In this document: piece by piece, positions 48,523 through 63,424 of the stretch
Numbering within the stretch: the stretch's first letter is position 1
How the letters are laid out: every line of letters begins with the position of its first letter
Assembly: GCA_963830015.1 (NCBI GenBank)
Contig: CAWHLG010000004.1
Coordinates: 657-64,656, forward strand
Reading direction: 5' to 3'
Origin: an uncultured Alphaproteobacteria bacterium
GTDB taxonomy: Bacteria > Pseudomonadota > Alphaproteobacteria > Rhizobiales > Xanthobacteraceae
Length of the DNA stretch: 64,000 nucleotides
Notes under the pieces: model-generated
Database searches by the model: none
What the model was told of the DNA's origin: nothing
The model's input: the letters and a program-made list of their open reading frames with translations, nothing else
Translations under genes and position numbers: made by a program

Positions 48523-50107
48523 ATGGCAAAACGCCAGTTCATGCAAAGGTTTGGCAGCGGCGCGGGCATTGCTCTCGCGGCCGTGTGCGGGCTTGCGCTG
48601 ATGACCGTGCCGGTGGTCGCTCAGTTTGGCGGTCAATTCGGCGGCCGTGGCGGCGGCGGAGGAGGAGGCGGCTTCTTCGACCTGTTCGGACCCGGTCCGC
48701 GCTATGCGACCACGCGAGCGCGAGCAGGACTTCACCAAGGCGCCGCCGGCGCGAAGGCTCGAAAACCAGCCGGCGACCAGCGTGATGGTGTTCGGCGACT
48801 CGATGGCCGACTGGCTGGCTTACGGCCTCGAGGACGCGGCCGGCGACAATCCGGACATCGCCGTCGTCCGCAAGAACCGCGCGACCGCGGGCCTCATCCG
48901 CTACGACACGCGGAACGAGGCGCAGGACTGGCCCCAGGTGATCCGCGAGGCGTTCGCGCAATCGCCCGCCAAGCCGAATTTCGTCGTGATGATGATCGGC
49001 CTCAACGACCGCACGCAGATGCGCGAGCGGCCGCTGCAGGCAGGCCCGCCGAGCGCCGCGGCGGCCACCGGCACGCCGCCGTCGCTGGTTCCGCAACCGG
49101 GCGCGTCCGCTGCGCCCGCGCCGCCTGCTGCCGCGCCTGCCGATGCGGAGCGGCCCGCGTCCGACCCGTCGTCGGCCGTCGAGCGGCAAGGGGCGAACGC
49201 ACCGGGGCTTCGCACCTACGAATTCCGCACCGAGGAATGGGCCGAGCACTATATGCGCCGCATCGACGCCACCGTCGTGGCGCTGAAGGCCGCGGGCGTG
49301 CCGGTGTTCTGGGTCGGCCTGCCGTCGATCCGTGGGCCGAAGTCGACGAGCGAGATGCTCTACCTCAACGACCTCTACCGCACCCGCGCCGAAAAGGCCG
49401 GCGTCACCTACATCGACGTGTGGGACGGCTTCGTCGACGAGAGCGGCCGCTTCGCCGTGCAGGGTCCCGACTTCGAAGGCCAGATTCGCCGCCTGCGCGT
49501 CAGCGACGGCGTGCACTTCACCAAGTCCGGCGCGCGCAAGCTCGCGCACTATCTCGAGCGCGAGGTGCGCCGCATGATGCAGCGCGGCACCGACCTGGTC
49601 GCCCTTCCGGCCGAGCCGCAGGCTCCGCAGCCGAGCGGGCGGCCGGGCGCCGCGACCGCGCGTCCGCTGTCCGGTCCGGTGGTGCCGCTCACCGCTTCGG
49701 CCAGCGCCAGCCAGGAATTGCTGGGCGCCGGCGATTTCAACGCCAACGCCAATCCGCGCGGTGCGACGCGCGTGCTGGTCAAGGGCGAGTCGCTCAATCC
49801 GCCGGCCGGCCGCAGCGACGACTTCCGCTGGCCGCGCCGCGGCGTTGCCGCCTTCGGCACCGATCCGGCGGTCGCCACCACCACCGATCCGGTGCCGGTC
49901 GCAGCCGCGCCCGCACCGGCGATCGCCACGGCGACGCCTGCCGGAGCGGATCCGAAGGCTTCGTCGACGTTGACGCCTGGTACGAGAAAGACCACCGGCC
50001 GCAGCCAGCCGGGCCAGGCGCAGCAACAGGCACGGCCGCCACAGCGGCAGGCGCAGCCGCGCCGCGACAGCTTCGGCGGTGGCGGTTTCGGCGGATTTGG
50101 CCGCTGA
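48523..50107 (+). CDS. Secreted SGNH/GDSL hydrolase family protein (DUF459-like; frameshift at ~48700)
   Basis: [20 protein letters not shown] and DGVHFT motifs. The signal peptide lies in the upstream frame. Confidence 0.82.
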
Positions 50108-50149
50108 TCAGACCACTCTAAATCGGTCGTCAGGGTCTCGTCGCCGGGT

Positions 50150-51598
50150 TCAGCGCGGCAGCGACGTCGACCCCATCAGGAACTTGTCGATCGCGTGGGC
50201 GCATTGGCGGCCCTCGCGGATCGCCCACACCACCAGCGACTGGCCGCGCCGCATGTCGCCCGCGGCGAACACCTTCGACAGCGTGGTGCGGTAGGCGATC
50301 TGGTCGGCCTTCACGTTGCCGCGCGCATCGAGCTCGACGCCGAGCGTCTTGATCATGCCCTCGTGCACCGGATGCACGAAGCCCATCGCCAGCAGCACGA
50401 GATCGGCTTCGATTTCGAACTCGGTGCCCGGCATCGGCTGAAATTTGGCGTCCGCCCGCGCGCAATGCAGCTTCTTCACCTGACCGTTCTCATTTTCGCC
50501 GGTGAATTTCGTCGTCAGCACCGCGAAGTCGCGCGACACGCCCTCTTCGTGGCTCGACGAGGTGCGCAGCTTCAGCGGCCACAGCGGCCAGGTCAGCGGC
50601 TTGTTCTCGTGCTCCGGCGGTTGCGGCATGATCTCGAAATTGGTCACCGACACCGCGCCCTGCCGGATCGAGGTGCCGATGCAGTCCGAGCCGGTGTCGC
50701 CGCCGCCGATCACCACGACCTTCTTGCCGGTCGCGAGGATCGGCTCGTCCGGCCCCTGCGCCTCGCCGCTGACGCGGCGGTTCTGCTGCGGCAGGAAGTC
50801 CATCGCGAAATGGATGCCTTTCAGCTCGCGTCCCGGAATCGGCAGGTCGCGCGCCTTTTCCGCGCCGCCGGTAAGCGCCACCGCGTCGTAGTCAGCGACC
50901 AGCCGCTCGATCGGCAGGCCGGCGCCGACATGGGCGTTGTAGTGGAACGTCACGCCCTCGGCTTCCATCTGCGCGACACGGACGTCGATGACGTCCTTTT
51001 CCATCTTGAAGTCGGGAATGCCGTAGCGCATCAGGCCGCCGGCCTTGGCCAGCTTCTCGTAGAGATGCACGTCGTGTCCGGCGCGCGCGAGCTGCTGCGC
51101 GCAGGCCATGCCGGCCGGCCCCGAACCCACCACCGCGACCTTCTTGCCGGTCTTCGGGCCGTAGCTCTCCGGCTTCAGTCCTGCGGCGATGGCGCGGTCG
51201 GCGATCTCGCACTCGATGGTTTTGATGGTGACCGGATTGTCGTCGATGTTGAGCGTGCAGGACGCCTCGCACGGCGCCGGGCAGACGCGGCCGGTGACTT
51301 CCGGAAAATTGTTGGTCGAGTGCAGGTTGCGCGCGGCCTCTTCCCAGTTGCCGGCATAGACGAGGTCGTTCCAGTCCGGGATCTGGTTGTTCACCGGGCA
51401 GCCGGTCGGCTGGTTGGTGATGGTGTTGGTGCCGTGGCAATACGGCACGCCGCAGTTCATGCAGCGCGCCGCCTGGTCCCGGATGTCTTTCTCCGGGAGC
51501 GGCAGCACGAATTCCTTGTAGTTGCGAATCCGCTCCTCGACCGGAAGGTAGTCCCGGTCGTTGCGCTCGAACTCCAGAAAGCCAGTGACCTTGCCCAT
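50150..51598 (-). CDS. gltD: Glutamate synthase small subunit
   Basis: [56 protein letters not shown]. Confidence 0.96.
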   Translation of the reverse strand: MGKVTGFLEFERNDRDYLPVEERIRNYKEFVLPLPEKDIRDQAARCMNCGVPYCHGTNTITNQPTGCPVNNQIPDWNDLVYAGNWEEAARNLHSTNNFPEVTGRVCPAPCEASCTLNIDDNPVTIKTIECEIADRAIAAGLKPESYGPKTGKKVAVVGSGPAGMACAQQLARAGHDVHLYEKLAKAGGLMRYGIPDFKMEKDVIDVRVAQMEAEGVTFHYNAHVGAGLPIERLVADYDAVALTGGAEKARDLPIPGRELKGIHFAMDFLPQQNRRVSGEAQGPDEPILATGKKVVVIGGGDTGSDCIGTSIRQGAVSVTNFEIMPQPPEHENKPLTWPLWPLKLRTSSSHEEGVSRDFAVLTTKFTGENENGQVKKLHCARADAKFQPMPGTEFEIEADLVLLAMGFVHPVHEGMIKTLGVELDARGNVKADQIAYRTTLSKVFAAGDMRRGQSLVVWAIREGRQCAHAIDKFLMGSTSLPR

Positions 51599-51605
51599 CC
51601 CGCCC

Positions 51606-56287
<4,682 letters not shown>

Positions 56288-56531
56288 CGTCTCGTTTTCG
56301 CGGCGCCCGGTTGCCCGCACGCCGACACACCTTCCCACGTCCTCAGCACCGGTCGGCACTGCGGCCCCAAGGCGTAGCTCGATTGAGGGCAGCCTTCTCG
56401 CGGGCCGCTCGCCGGCACCTCGCGGTGCTGCTCATATTCAGCGCCGTTTGACACACGCGCAAGCGTAATAGTGCGTTGCGAAACGCCGCCCCACGCGTCG
56501 TCCAATCCCCCGGAGTTGCGTGGCTCGCCAA

Positions 56532-56554
56532 TTGGGACAGTAATACTGTCCTAA
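56532..56554. promoter_or_regulatory. Near-perfect 23-bp inverted repeat upstream of gltB; candidate operator
   Basis: TTGGGACAGTA-A-TACTGTCCTAA. Confidence 0.5.
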
Positions 56555-56677
56555 AACCAATTTAGTTGCAAATCCTTTGTGGGGTTCGGGCGAACTATTT
56601 CAAAGGCGAACCCGCCGCCCGACACTTTGTTTCGTCCGGTCGGTTTTCCTCAGAACCCTTGTTCAGCGCCTTCTCGT

Positions 56678-57289
56678 TCAACTCGTGGCCGCCGTAGCCT
56701 GAACGCGGCGCAACTCGTCCTCGAGAAACGCGATCCGGTCCCGCATTCCCGCGACCGCAAGCGCGACCTCGGCCTGCGTGTAGCGCTCGGTGATGTGCTG
56801 GGAACAGTTCACGTCCCAGGCCTCGATCGTGAACAGGATCGCCCGCTCGGGCCGCGCCCGATAGCCCGGTTCCACCAGCCTTTCCATCAGCTTCGGATCG
56901 TTTTCGACGACGCGGGCCCGGCCCCAGACCTTGATCCGCTGCCGGTTGGCAAAATCCAGCAGGAACAGAAATGCCCGGTCGTTGCCCGCAAGATTGCTGA
57001 TGGTGATGTACTGCCGGTTCCCCGCGAAATCGGCGAACCCCAAGGTCCTGTCATCCAGCACCTTGATGAAGCCCTTCGGTCCGCCGCGATGCTGGATGTA
57101 GGGCGCGCCCTCGGCCGACGTCGTGGCCAGAAACGCCGTGTCGAGTTCCGCGATGAAACCCGCGAGATCGGACGTCACCCGATCCGGATAGCCCGCCGCA
57201 ATTTTTTTGGCGTAGCCCGAAAGCGAGCCGCGCGCGGCCATCGCCGCCTGGGCCTCAGGTGTCAGGACGATGCTGACGTTGTCCGACAT
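56678..57289 (-). CDS. Pyridoxamine 5'-phosphate oxidase-like FMN-binding protein
   Basis: FLATTSAEGAPYIQHRGGPKGF, FADFAGNRQYIT, WDVNCSQHI. Confidence 0.9.
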   Translation of the reverse strand: MSDNVSIVLTPEAQAAMAARGSLSGYAKKIAAGYPDRVTSDLAGFIAELDTAFLATTSAEGAPYIQHRGGPKGFIKVLDDRTLGFADFAGNRQYITISNLAGNDRAFLFLLDFANRQRIKVWGRARVVENDPKLMERLVEPGYRARPERAILFTIEAWDVNCSQHITERYTQAEVALAVAGMRDRIAFLEDELRRVQATAATS

Positions 57290-57404
57290 GGTTGCCTCCT
57301 GATCGCCTCTCGAGTTCGAAAAATCCGTCCATTCCATCCTCTCATGTTACCTCCGCCGCGATAATCCTCCTTCTTTGCAAGATATTATTGCGTAGAATGG
57401 AATA

Positions 57405-58313
57405 ATGGACCGGATCGACAGTGTGGCGATCTTTGCTGAAGTCGCCGAGCGCGGCAGTTTTGTCGGCGCGGCGAAGCATCTCAACCGCTCGGCCACCGCG
57501 GTGACTCGCGCCGTGGCGGAGCTCGAAGCGCGGCTCGGCGTGCGGCTGCTCAACCGCACCACGCGGGCCGTCAGCGTCACCGAGGCGGGCCAGCGCTTTC
57601 TGTCCGGGGCGCGCCGCGTGCTCGCTGACTTGGCCGAGATCGAGCAGGGCGCCGCCGGCCAGGGTCAGGCGCCGCGCGGCGAACTGCGGGTCACCGCGCC
57701 GATCGTGTTCGGCCGCCGTCACGTCCTGCCGCTGGTGACCGAGTTCCTGGCGCAATATCCCGAGATGAGCGTGCGGCTCGCGCTGCTCGACCGGCCGGTC
57801 GATCTGGTCGAGGACGGGCTCGACGTCGCGGTCCGGATCGGCAAGCTGGCCGACAGCTCGGCGATTGCGGTTCGCGTCGGCGCCATGCGGCGCGTCGTGG
57901 TCGCGGCGCCTGAGTACCTAAAGAAAACCGGCAGGCCGGCGGCCCCGGCCGATCTCTCAGGCCACGACGTCATCGCCTTCGCCGGCATGGACCGCATCGA
58001 TCGCTGGCGTTTCGCCAACGCCGTGGAGGCCAGGATCAAGCCGCGGCTGGTGGTGAACACCGCGGAAGCCGCGATCGATGCGGCTGTCGCGGGTTTCGGC
58101 ATCACCCGGGTGCTGAGCTACCAGGCCGTCGATGCGTTGTCGGACCGGTCGCTGGTGCGGCTCATGCGGCAGCACGAAACCGGGGCGGCTCCGGTTCACG
58201 TGGTCTATCCGGAAGGCCGCCACCCGCCGCCCAAGCTCCGCGCATTTGTCGACGTGCTGGTGCCGCGCCTGCGGCAGCGTTGCGGCGCCATTGCCCGGTC
58301 GCTAGACAAGTAG
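57405..58313 (+). CDS. LysR family transcriptional regulator
   Basis: N-terminal HTH (GSFVGAAKHL...LGVRLLNRTTR), GELRVTAP, DLVEDGLDVAVRIG. Divergent from the PNPOx-like gene. Confidence 0.95.
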   Translation: MDRIDSVAIFAEVAERGSFVGAAKHLNRSATAVTRAVAELEARLGVRLLNRTTRAVSVTEAGQRFLSGARRVLADLAEIEQGAAGQGQAPRGELRVTAPIVFGRRHVLPLVTEFLAQYPEMSVRLALLDRPVDLVEDGLDVAVRIGKLADSSAIAVRVGAMRRVVVAAPEYLKKTGRPAAPADLSGHDVIAFAGMDRIDRWRFANAVEARIKPRLVVNTAEAAIDAAVAGFGITRVLSYQAVDALSDRSLVRLMRQHETGAAPVHVVYPEGRHPPPKLRAFVDVLVPRLRQRCGAIARSLDK

Positions 58314-58330
58314 CGGCATCGGAAGACCGC

Positions 58331-59386
58331 ATGAATTTCGCAAGCGACAACACCGCGGGCATCGCGCCGGAAATCCTTCAGATTCTCGCCGCCGGAAACG
58401 ACGGTTTCACGATGGGTTACGGCGACGACGACCTGACGCGCTCGGTCGAGCGCAGGATCGGCGAGATCTTCGAGCGCGAGGTCGCCGTCTTTCTCGTTCC
58501 GACCGGCACCGCGGCGAACGCCTTGGCGCTGGCCCATGTTTGCCCGCCGTGGGGGGCGGTGTTCGCGCATGCGGAGGCGCATATCCTGACCGACGAATGC
58601 GGCGCGCCGGAGTTTTTCGGCGGCGGGCTCAAGCTGGTCGGCATTCCGGGCGTGGGCTGCAAGGTCGGCCCTGAAGCGTTGGCCGAAACCGTGTCGCACT
58701 ATGAAGGCCATGCGCCGCATCAGGTGGTGCCGGGCGCCTTCTCGTTCGCACAGGCGAGCGAAGCCGGCACCGCCTATCGGCCCCATGAAATCGCGGCGCT
58801 CGCGGCCTTCGCGCACGCGCACGGCATGAAGGTTCACATGGACGGCGCGCGGTTCGCCAACGCGCTGGCGCGGATGAACGCAAGTCCCGCCGAAATCACC
58901 TGGAAATCCGGCGTCGACGTGTTGTCGTTCGGCGCGACCAAGGGCGGGGCGATGGCCGCCGAGGCGGTGGTGTTCTTCGATCGCGCCGCGGCGGTCCATA
59001 TGGCGGAGCGGCGAAAGCGGGCCGGGCACCTTCTGTCCAAGCACCGGTTTCTGTCGTTGCAGTTCGACGCGTTCCTTAAAGACGACTGCTGGCTGCGACT
59101 CGCCCGCCACGCCAATGCGATGGCGGACCGGCTGGCGGCGGGACTGGCCAAGGCAGGCCTTGCGCCGGTCTGGCCGGTCGAGGCCAATCTGGTGTTCATC
59201 CAGGTGCCGGGGGCGCTTGAGGCGCGGCTGAAATCTGCCGGGGCGCGCTACTACGTGCGCCACAGCGCAAGCCTGCCGCCCGGCCTGGCGGCCGGTCCGG
59301 ACCGGTGCCTGATCCGGCTGGTGGCGTCGTTTGCGACGACCGCCGATGAGGTCGATGCGTTCGTTGCAGTTGCCGCAAAGGGGTGA
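58331..59386 (+). CDS. ltaE: Low-specificity L-threonine aldolase
   Basis: MNFASDN, TGTAAN, HMDGARFANA, SFGATKGG. Confidence 0.9.
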   Translation: MNFASDNTAGIAPEILQILAAGNDGFTMGYGDDDLTRSVERRIGEIFEREVAVFLVPTGTAANALALAHVCPPWGAVFAHAEAHILTDECGAPEFFGGGLKLVGIPGVGCKVGPEALAETVSHYEGHAPHQVVPGAFSFAQASEAGTAYRPHEIAALAAFAHAHGMKVHMDGARFANALARMNASPAEITWKSGVDVLSFGATKGGAMAAEAVVFFDRAAAVHMAERRKRAGHLLSKHRFLSLQFDAFLKDDCWLRLARHANAMADRLAAGLAKAGLAPVWPVEANLVFIQVPGALEARLKSAGARYYVRHSASLPPGLAAGPDRCLIRLVASFATTADEVDAFVAVAAKG

Positions 59387-59457
59387 CAGTGCCGCCCCAG
59401 AGGTGCCCCAATCCGTGCCAATGCTCCGGCCCGGGACGAAAGGTGGAGGGGACTTCC

Positions 59458-60489
59458 GTGAAACAGCGATGGGTCTTTGCAGCACTTTCGGTGCTGGCTT
59501 TTTCCGCGCCCGCGGCTGCCGAGCCGATGCAATTGGCGCAGGCCGTCGAAGCCCGCGTGCTGCCGCCGCATGAAATTCTCACCATCGTGCGCTCGACCCG
59601 CCTCGATCCGATCGGCCGGCCGGTCCGGCAGGGTCCGAACTATGTGCTGCATGCGATCGACGAGGACGATCGCGAGATGCGCGTCATCGTCAGCGCGCGG
59701 ACCGGCGAGATTCTCCGCATGGCGCCGGCGGCGACCCCTGCGCGAATTCCGCCGCGAGGTGGGGTGGGCCCCTACGGGCGCACGGATCGCTATGAGCGCG
59801 CAGCGCCTGCTCCGGGCTACATCACACCCGACGGATATCGGTACAGTTCGCGTCCGCCTGTCATCGACGACGATGACGACGATCTGCCGCCCGGCCAGCA
59901 GGCGCCGCGTCCGCCTGGGAACGTGCCAGGCGCAGCGTCCCGTCCGGGCCCCACGCCGCTGCCGCGCACCGGCTACGGCGATCCGCCGCCGGTCATCAGG
60001 GCTGCACCGCCGGCAGCGGGCGGGGGTGTCGCGCGCGGCACCGATTTGCCGCCGCCGTCTTCCGGATCTCTGCCGCCTCCGTCCGGCTCGCGGGTCGTGA
60101 CCGCTCCGCCGCGCGGCGCAGCGGCTCCGCCACCGCAATCTGCTTCGCGGGACGTCTATACGCCCGCGCCCGATCATGACGGCATGCTGCCGCCGCCGCC
60201 GGAGCGTTTCCCGCAGCGCGTCGCGCCCGCGCCGGACAAGCCGAAGCCTGCCAAGCGCGAGGCCACGGCAGCAGCACCGAAACCGGCACCGGTGCCGAAG
60301 CCCAAGCCGGCGACTCCGGCCAGTGTGACGGCGCCCAAGCCGGCTGCTCCTGCCGCTGCCGCTTCGATTGCTTCGCCGGCTGCCGAGACCAAAACTGAAA
60401 AGCCCAAAACTGAAGCGCCTGCCGCTGCTGCGCCGGAGCCGAAGCCCGCCGCCGAGCCGAAACCGGCGGACAGCTCCGTGCCGCACTGA
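59458..60489 (+). CDS. Secreted Pro/Ala-rich hypothetical protein
   Basis: Signal peptide, short globular N-terminal domain, long Pro-rich tail. GTG start inferred. Confidence 0.65.
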   Translation: MKQRWVFAALSVLAFSAPAAAEPMQLAQAVEARVLPPHEILTIVRSTRLDPIGRPVRQGPNYVLHAIDEDDREMRVIVSARTGEILRMAPAATPARIPPRGGVGPYGRTDRYERAAPAPGYITPDGYRYSSRPPVIDDDDDDLPPGQQAPRPPGNVPGAASRPGPTPLPRTGYGDPPPVIRAAPPAAGGGVARGTDLPPPSSGSLPPPSGSRVVTAPPRGAAAPPPQSASRDVYTPAPDHDGMLPPPPERFPQRVAPAPDKPKPAKREATAAAPKPAPVPKPKPATPASVTAPKPAAPAAAASIASPAAETKTEKPKTEAPAAAAPEPKPAAEPKPADSSVPH

Positions 60490-60512
60490 CGGCACTCACA
60501 ATTCAGGTCGTC

Positions 60513-60548
60513 AAAATAAAAGCGCCCCGGGGGGCATCCCGGGGCGCT
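60513..60548 (-). terminator. Rho-independent terminator of the hsp20 gene (possibly bidirectional)
   Basis: 11-bp perfect stem AGCGCCCCGGG/CCCGGGGCGCT next to an A-tract (U-tract on the minus strand). Confidence 0.8.
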
Positions 60549-60586
60549 CCTCTCTGCGGAGGAACCGCTGAGTTCGGTTGTTCGCG

Positions 60587-61039
60587 TTACGCGGCCGCCT
60601 GAGCCTCGACCACCTTCGGCTTCGACTGGCCGTTGATGGAGATCTGGCGCGGCTTCTTCGCCTCGGGAATCTCGCGCACGAGATCGACGTGCAGGAGACC
60701 GTTCACGAGGGACGCGCCCTTGACCTGGACGTAGTCGGCAAGCTGGAACTGGCGCTCGAACGCGCGCGCCGCGATGCCCTGGTAGAGCACCTCCGCGGTG
60801 TTGTCCTGCTTGACCTGCTTCTCGCCCTTGATGGTCAGCGTGTTCTCCTTCGCCTCGAGCGACAGCTCGTTCTCGCCGAAGCCTGCGACGGCGACGGTGA
60901 TGCGATAGTCGTTCTCGCCGGTGCGCTCGATGTTGTAGGGCGGATAGCCCGGAGCGGCTTCCACACCGTCCAGCATCGAGAACAGCCGGTCAAAGCCGAC
61001 GGTCGAGCGATAGAGGGGAGCAAGGTCGAAAGTACGCAT
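60587..61039 (-). CDS. Small heat-shock protein Hsp20 (IbpA-like)
   Basis: DLAPLYRSTVGFDRLF, YPPYNIE, AVAGF, LYQGIAARAF, NGLL. Confidence 0.95.
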   Translation of the reverse strand: MRTFDLAPLYRSTVGFDRLFSMLDGVEAAPGYPPYNIERTGENDYRITVAVAGFGENELSLEAKENTLTIKGEKQVKQDNTAEVLYQGIAARAFERQFQLADYVQVKGASLVNGLLHVDLVREIPEAKKPRQISINGQSKPKVVEAQAAA

Positions 61040-61125
61040 AAGAATGTCCTCCTTTGAGCGACATGCATGGTCCGCCGAAACGGGCCGGACCCGTGGAACC
61101 GTGCAGCCCGGATGGGCCTGCACAC
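61040..61125 (-). promoter_or_regulatory. ROSE-like RNA thermometer in the hsp20 5' UTR
   Basis: Successive hairpins on the minus strand. The last, AUGUCGCUC-AAAG-GAGGACAU, carries the U(U/C)GCU motif paired to the SD. Confidence 0.75.
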
Positions 61126-61131
61126 CCACCG

Positions 61132-61159
61132 ATATGGGGAGGCAAAGGCTGCTCGCAAG
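61132..61159 (-). promoter_or_regulatory. RpoH (sigma32)-type promoter
   Basis: Minus strand CTTG-N16-CCCCATAT upstream of hsp20. Confidence 0.7.
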
Positions 61160-61329
61160 AGGGGCTTTCCCCTGTTCCATCCGGCCATAACATGTTGAAA
61201 AGACGCTCAATTTTAGGAATTCGATCAAATGGCGCGGAGGCTCAATTGAGGTCGGCCCCGCGGCTGCTATAAGGCGCAAGGGCAAGGCAAAGGGGCTTCG
61301 AGCGGACGAAGCCGGCCGACTTAATTTTC

Positions 61330-62277
61330 ATGGATCTCGTTTCCATTCCAGCCAATCCCGTGCCGGAAGACGTTGTCACCGGTACGCTCAAGACCAGCGA
61401 CGGCGTAAGCCTGCGTTTCGCGCGCTGGCATCCGCCGCCCGGCCGCAAGGGCACGGTCTGCATCTTCCAGGGCCGCGCCGAGTTCATCGAGAAATATTTC
61501 GAGACGGTGCGCGAATTGCGCTCGCGCGGCTTTGCCGTCGCCACGCTGGATTGGCGCGGGCAGGGGCGCTCCGAGCGCAAGCTCGCCGATCCGCGCAAGG
61601 GTCACGTCAGCGATTTTTCCGACTACGAGGACGACCTCGAAACCTTCATGAAGGAGGTCGTGCTGCCCGATTGCCCGCCGCCGCTCTTCGCCATCGGCCA
61701 TTCGATGGGCGGCACGATCATGATGCGGCTCGCGCGCCAGGGCAGCCGCTGGTTCGACCGCATCGTTTTGTCGGCGCCGATGATCCGGCTGGGCGGCGCG
61801 CGCCACAGCGGCGCCGCGAGGATTACGGCGCGCGTGATGCGATACGCCGGAATGGGCTCGGCTTACGTTCCGGGCGGCAGCGACACGGTGCAGTCGAGCG
61901 GGCCCTATATCGGCAACCCCGCCACCTCCGACCCGGTGCGTCACGCCCGCACCAAGGCGGTGCTCGAAGCAGCTCCCGATCTCGGAATCGGCTCGCCGAC
62001 GGTGTCCTGGCTCAACGCCGCCTATCGGGCGATGAACGAGTTCGCCGACCCGGCCTATCCGGGCAAGGTGCGCCAGCCGCTGATGCTGGTTGCGGCCGGC
62101 CGCGATGAGATCGTGTCGACGGCGGCGATCGAAGACGTCGCGATCCGGCTGCGCGCCGGCTCGCATCTCATCGTCGCCGGATCTCGCCACGAACTGATGA
62201 TGGAGCAGGACCGCTATCGCGGCCAGTTCTGGGCGGCGTTCGACGCCTTCGTGCCGGGCACTCCGCTGTTCAAATAA
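61330..62277 (+). CDS. Alpha/beta hydrolase (lysophospholipase L2/PldB-like)
   Basis: QGRAEFIEKY, DWRGQGRS, GHSMGG and RHELMME motifs. Confidence 0.9.
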   Translation: MDLVSIPANPVPEDVVTGTLKTSDGVSLRFARWHPPPGRKGTVCIFQGRAEFIEKYFETVRELRSRGFAVATLDWRGQGRSERKLADPRKGHVSDFSDYEDDLETFMKEVVLPDCPPPLFAIGHSMGGTIMMRLARQGSRWFDRIVLSAPMIRLGGARHSGAARITARVMRYAGMGSAYVPGGSDTVQSSGPYIGNPATSDPVRHARTKAVLEAAPDLGIGSPTVSWLNAAYRAMNEFADPAYPGKVRQPLMLVAAGRDEIVSTAAIEDVAIRLRAGSHLIVAGSRHELMMEQDRYRGQFWAAFDAFVPGTPLFK

Positions 62278-62284
62278 TGCCGCA

Positions 62285-62442
62285 GTGTCCCGGATGCGAT
62301 GCAGCGCGTAGCCATGGCGCGCGTTCTCGCGCGCGATGGCGGAGCGGTGCTGCGCTGATCCGGGACCGTACCAAAGGCGGTGTGTGTGTAACGGTCCCGG
62401 GTCTGCGGCGCACCACTTCGTGCTGCGCCGCGCCCGGGACAC
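62285..62442. repeat. REP-like element (GTGTCCCGG...CCGGGACAC family)
   Basis: Terminal inverted repeats and inner CCGGGACCGT/ACGGTCCCGG arms, between convergent genes. Confidence 0.85.
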
Positions 62443-62450
62443 GAACTGCG

Positions 62451-63233
62451 TCAACCGTTCAAAATTTTCATCGCCGCTTCGTGGATGCGCCGGTCGCCCG
62501 CCGCGATGATGCGGCCGCCGGCGGAAGGCGTGTCGCCGTCCCAGGTGGTGACGATGCCGCCCGCGCCCGAAATGATCGGAATGAGCGGCAGGATGTCGTA
62601 GGGCTTGAGCTCGGTCTCGATCACCAGATCGACGTGGCCCGCCGCCAGCATGCAATACGCGTAGCAATCGCCGCCGTAGCGCGAGAGCCGCACAGCTTTC
62701 TCGACTTTGCCGAAGCTCGCGCGGTCGTTTTCCTTCATCAACAGCGGACTTGTCGTCATCAGCAACGCTTCCGACAGGCTGGTGCCGCGGCGGACATGGA
62801 GCGCGCGCTCGCCCGCGGGCCCGCTGTAGCGGGACGCGCCGCCGTCGCCGGTAAAGCGTTCGCGGATGAATGGCTGGTGCATCATGCCGTAGACCGGGAC
62901 GCCGCCTCGCGTCAGCGCAATCAGCGTGCCCCAGGCCGGCATGCCGCTGATGAACGACTTGGTGCCGTCGATCGGATCGAGCACCCAGACATATTCGGCG
63001 TCGATGCGCTCGCTGCCGAACTCCTCGCCGATGATGCCGTGATCGGGAAACGTCTGCCGGATCAATGTCCGCATCGCGGTTTCCGCGGCGCGGTCGGCCG
63101 CGGTCACCGGGTCGAACGCGCCCGGACCGGCCTTGTTTTCGACGCCCAGCGACGTGCGAAAGAACGGCAGGATCGCTTCGCCGGAGACGGTCGCAAGCCG
63201 GTCGACAAAAGCCGCAAAATCAATGGCAGTCAT
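62451..63233 (-). CDS. hisN: Histidinol-phosphatase (inositol monophosphatase family)
   Basis: DPVTAADRAAE, IIGEEFG, WVLDPIDGTKSFI, YGGDCY. Confidence 0.9.
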   Translation of the reverse strand: MTAIDFAAFVDRLATVSGEAILPFFRTSLGVENKAGPGAFDPVTAADRAAETAMRTLIRQTFPDHGIIGEEFGSERIDAEYVWVLDPIDGTKSFISGMPAWGTLIALTRGGVPVYGMMHQPFIRERFTGDGGASRYSGPAGERALHVRRGTSLSEALLMTTSPLLMKENDRASFGKVEKAVRLSRYGGDCYAYCMLAAGHVDLVIETELKPYDILPLIPIISGAGGIVTTWDGDTPSAGGRIIAAGDRRIHEAAMKILNG

Positions 63234-63424
63234 GCCCGGAAGGTATGCGCTGTTCTTTTTCGGTTGTCATGTGCGGGGCCGGCAGGGCATCCAGAGTGTG
63301 CGCAATTTGCGGTGGATATCGAGGGGCTTGGCAAGTGGATTGGCCAGGCTGATTGGACAAGCCGGTTGGCTCAGCCGACCGGGCGAACGGACCGGATCAG
63401 CGGGCCTGCCGGGAGGACCGCCGG

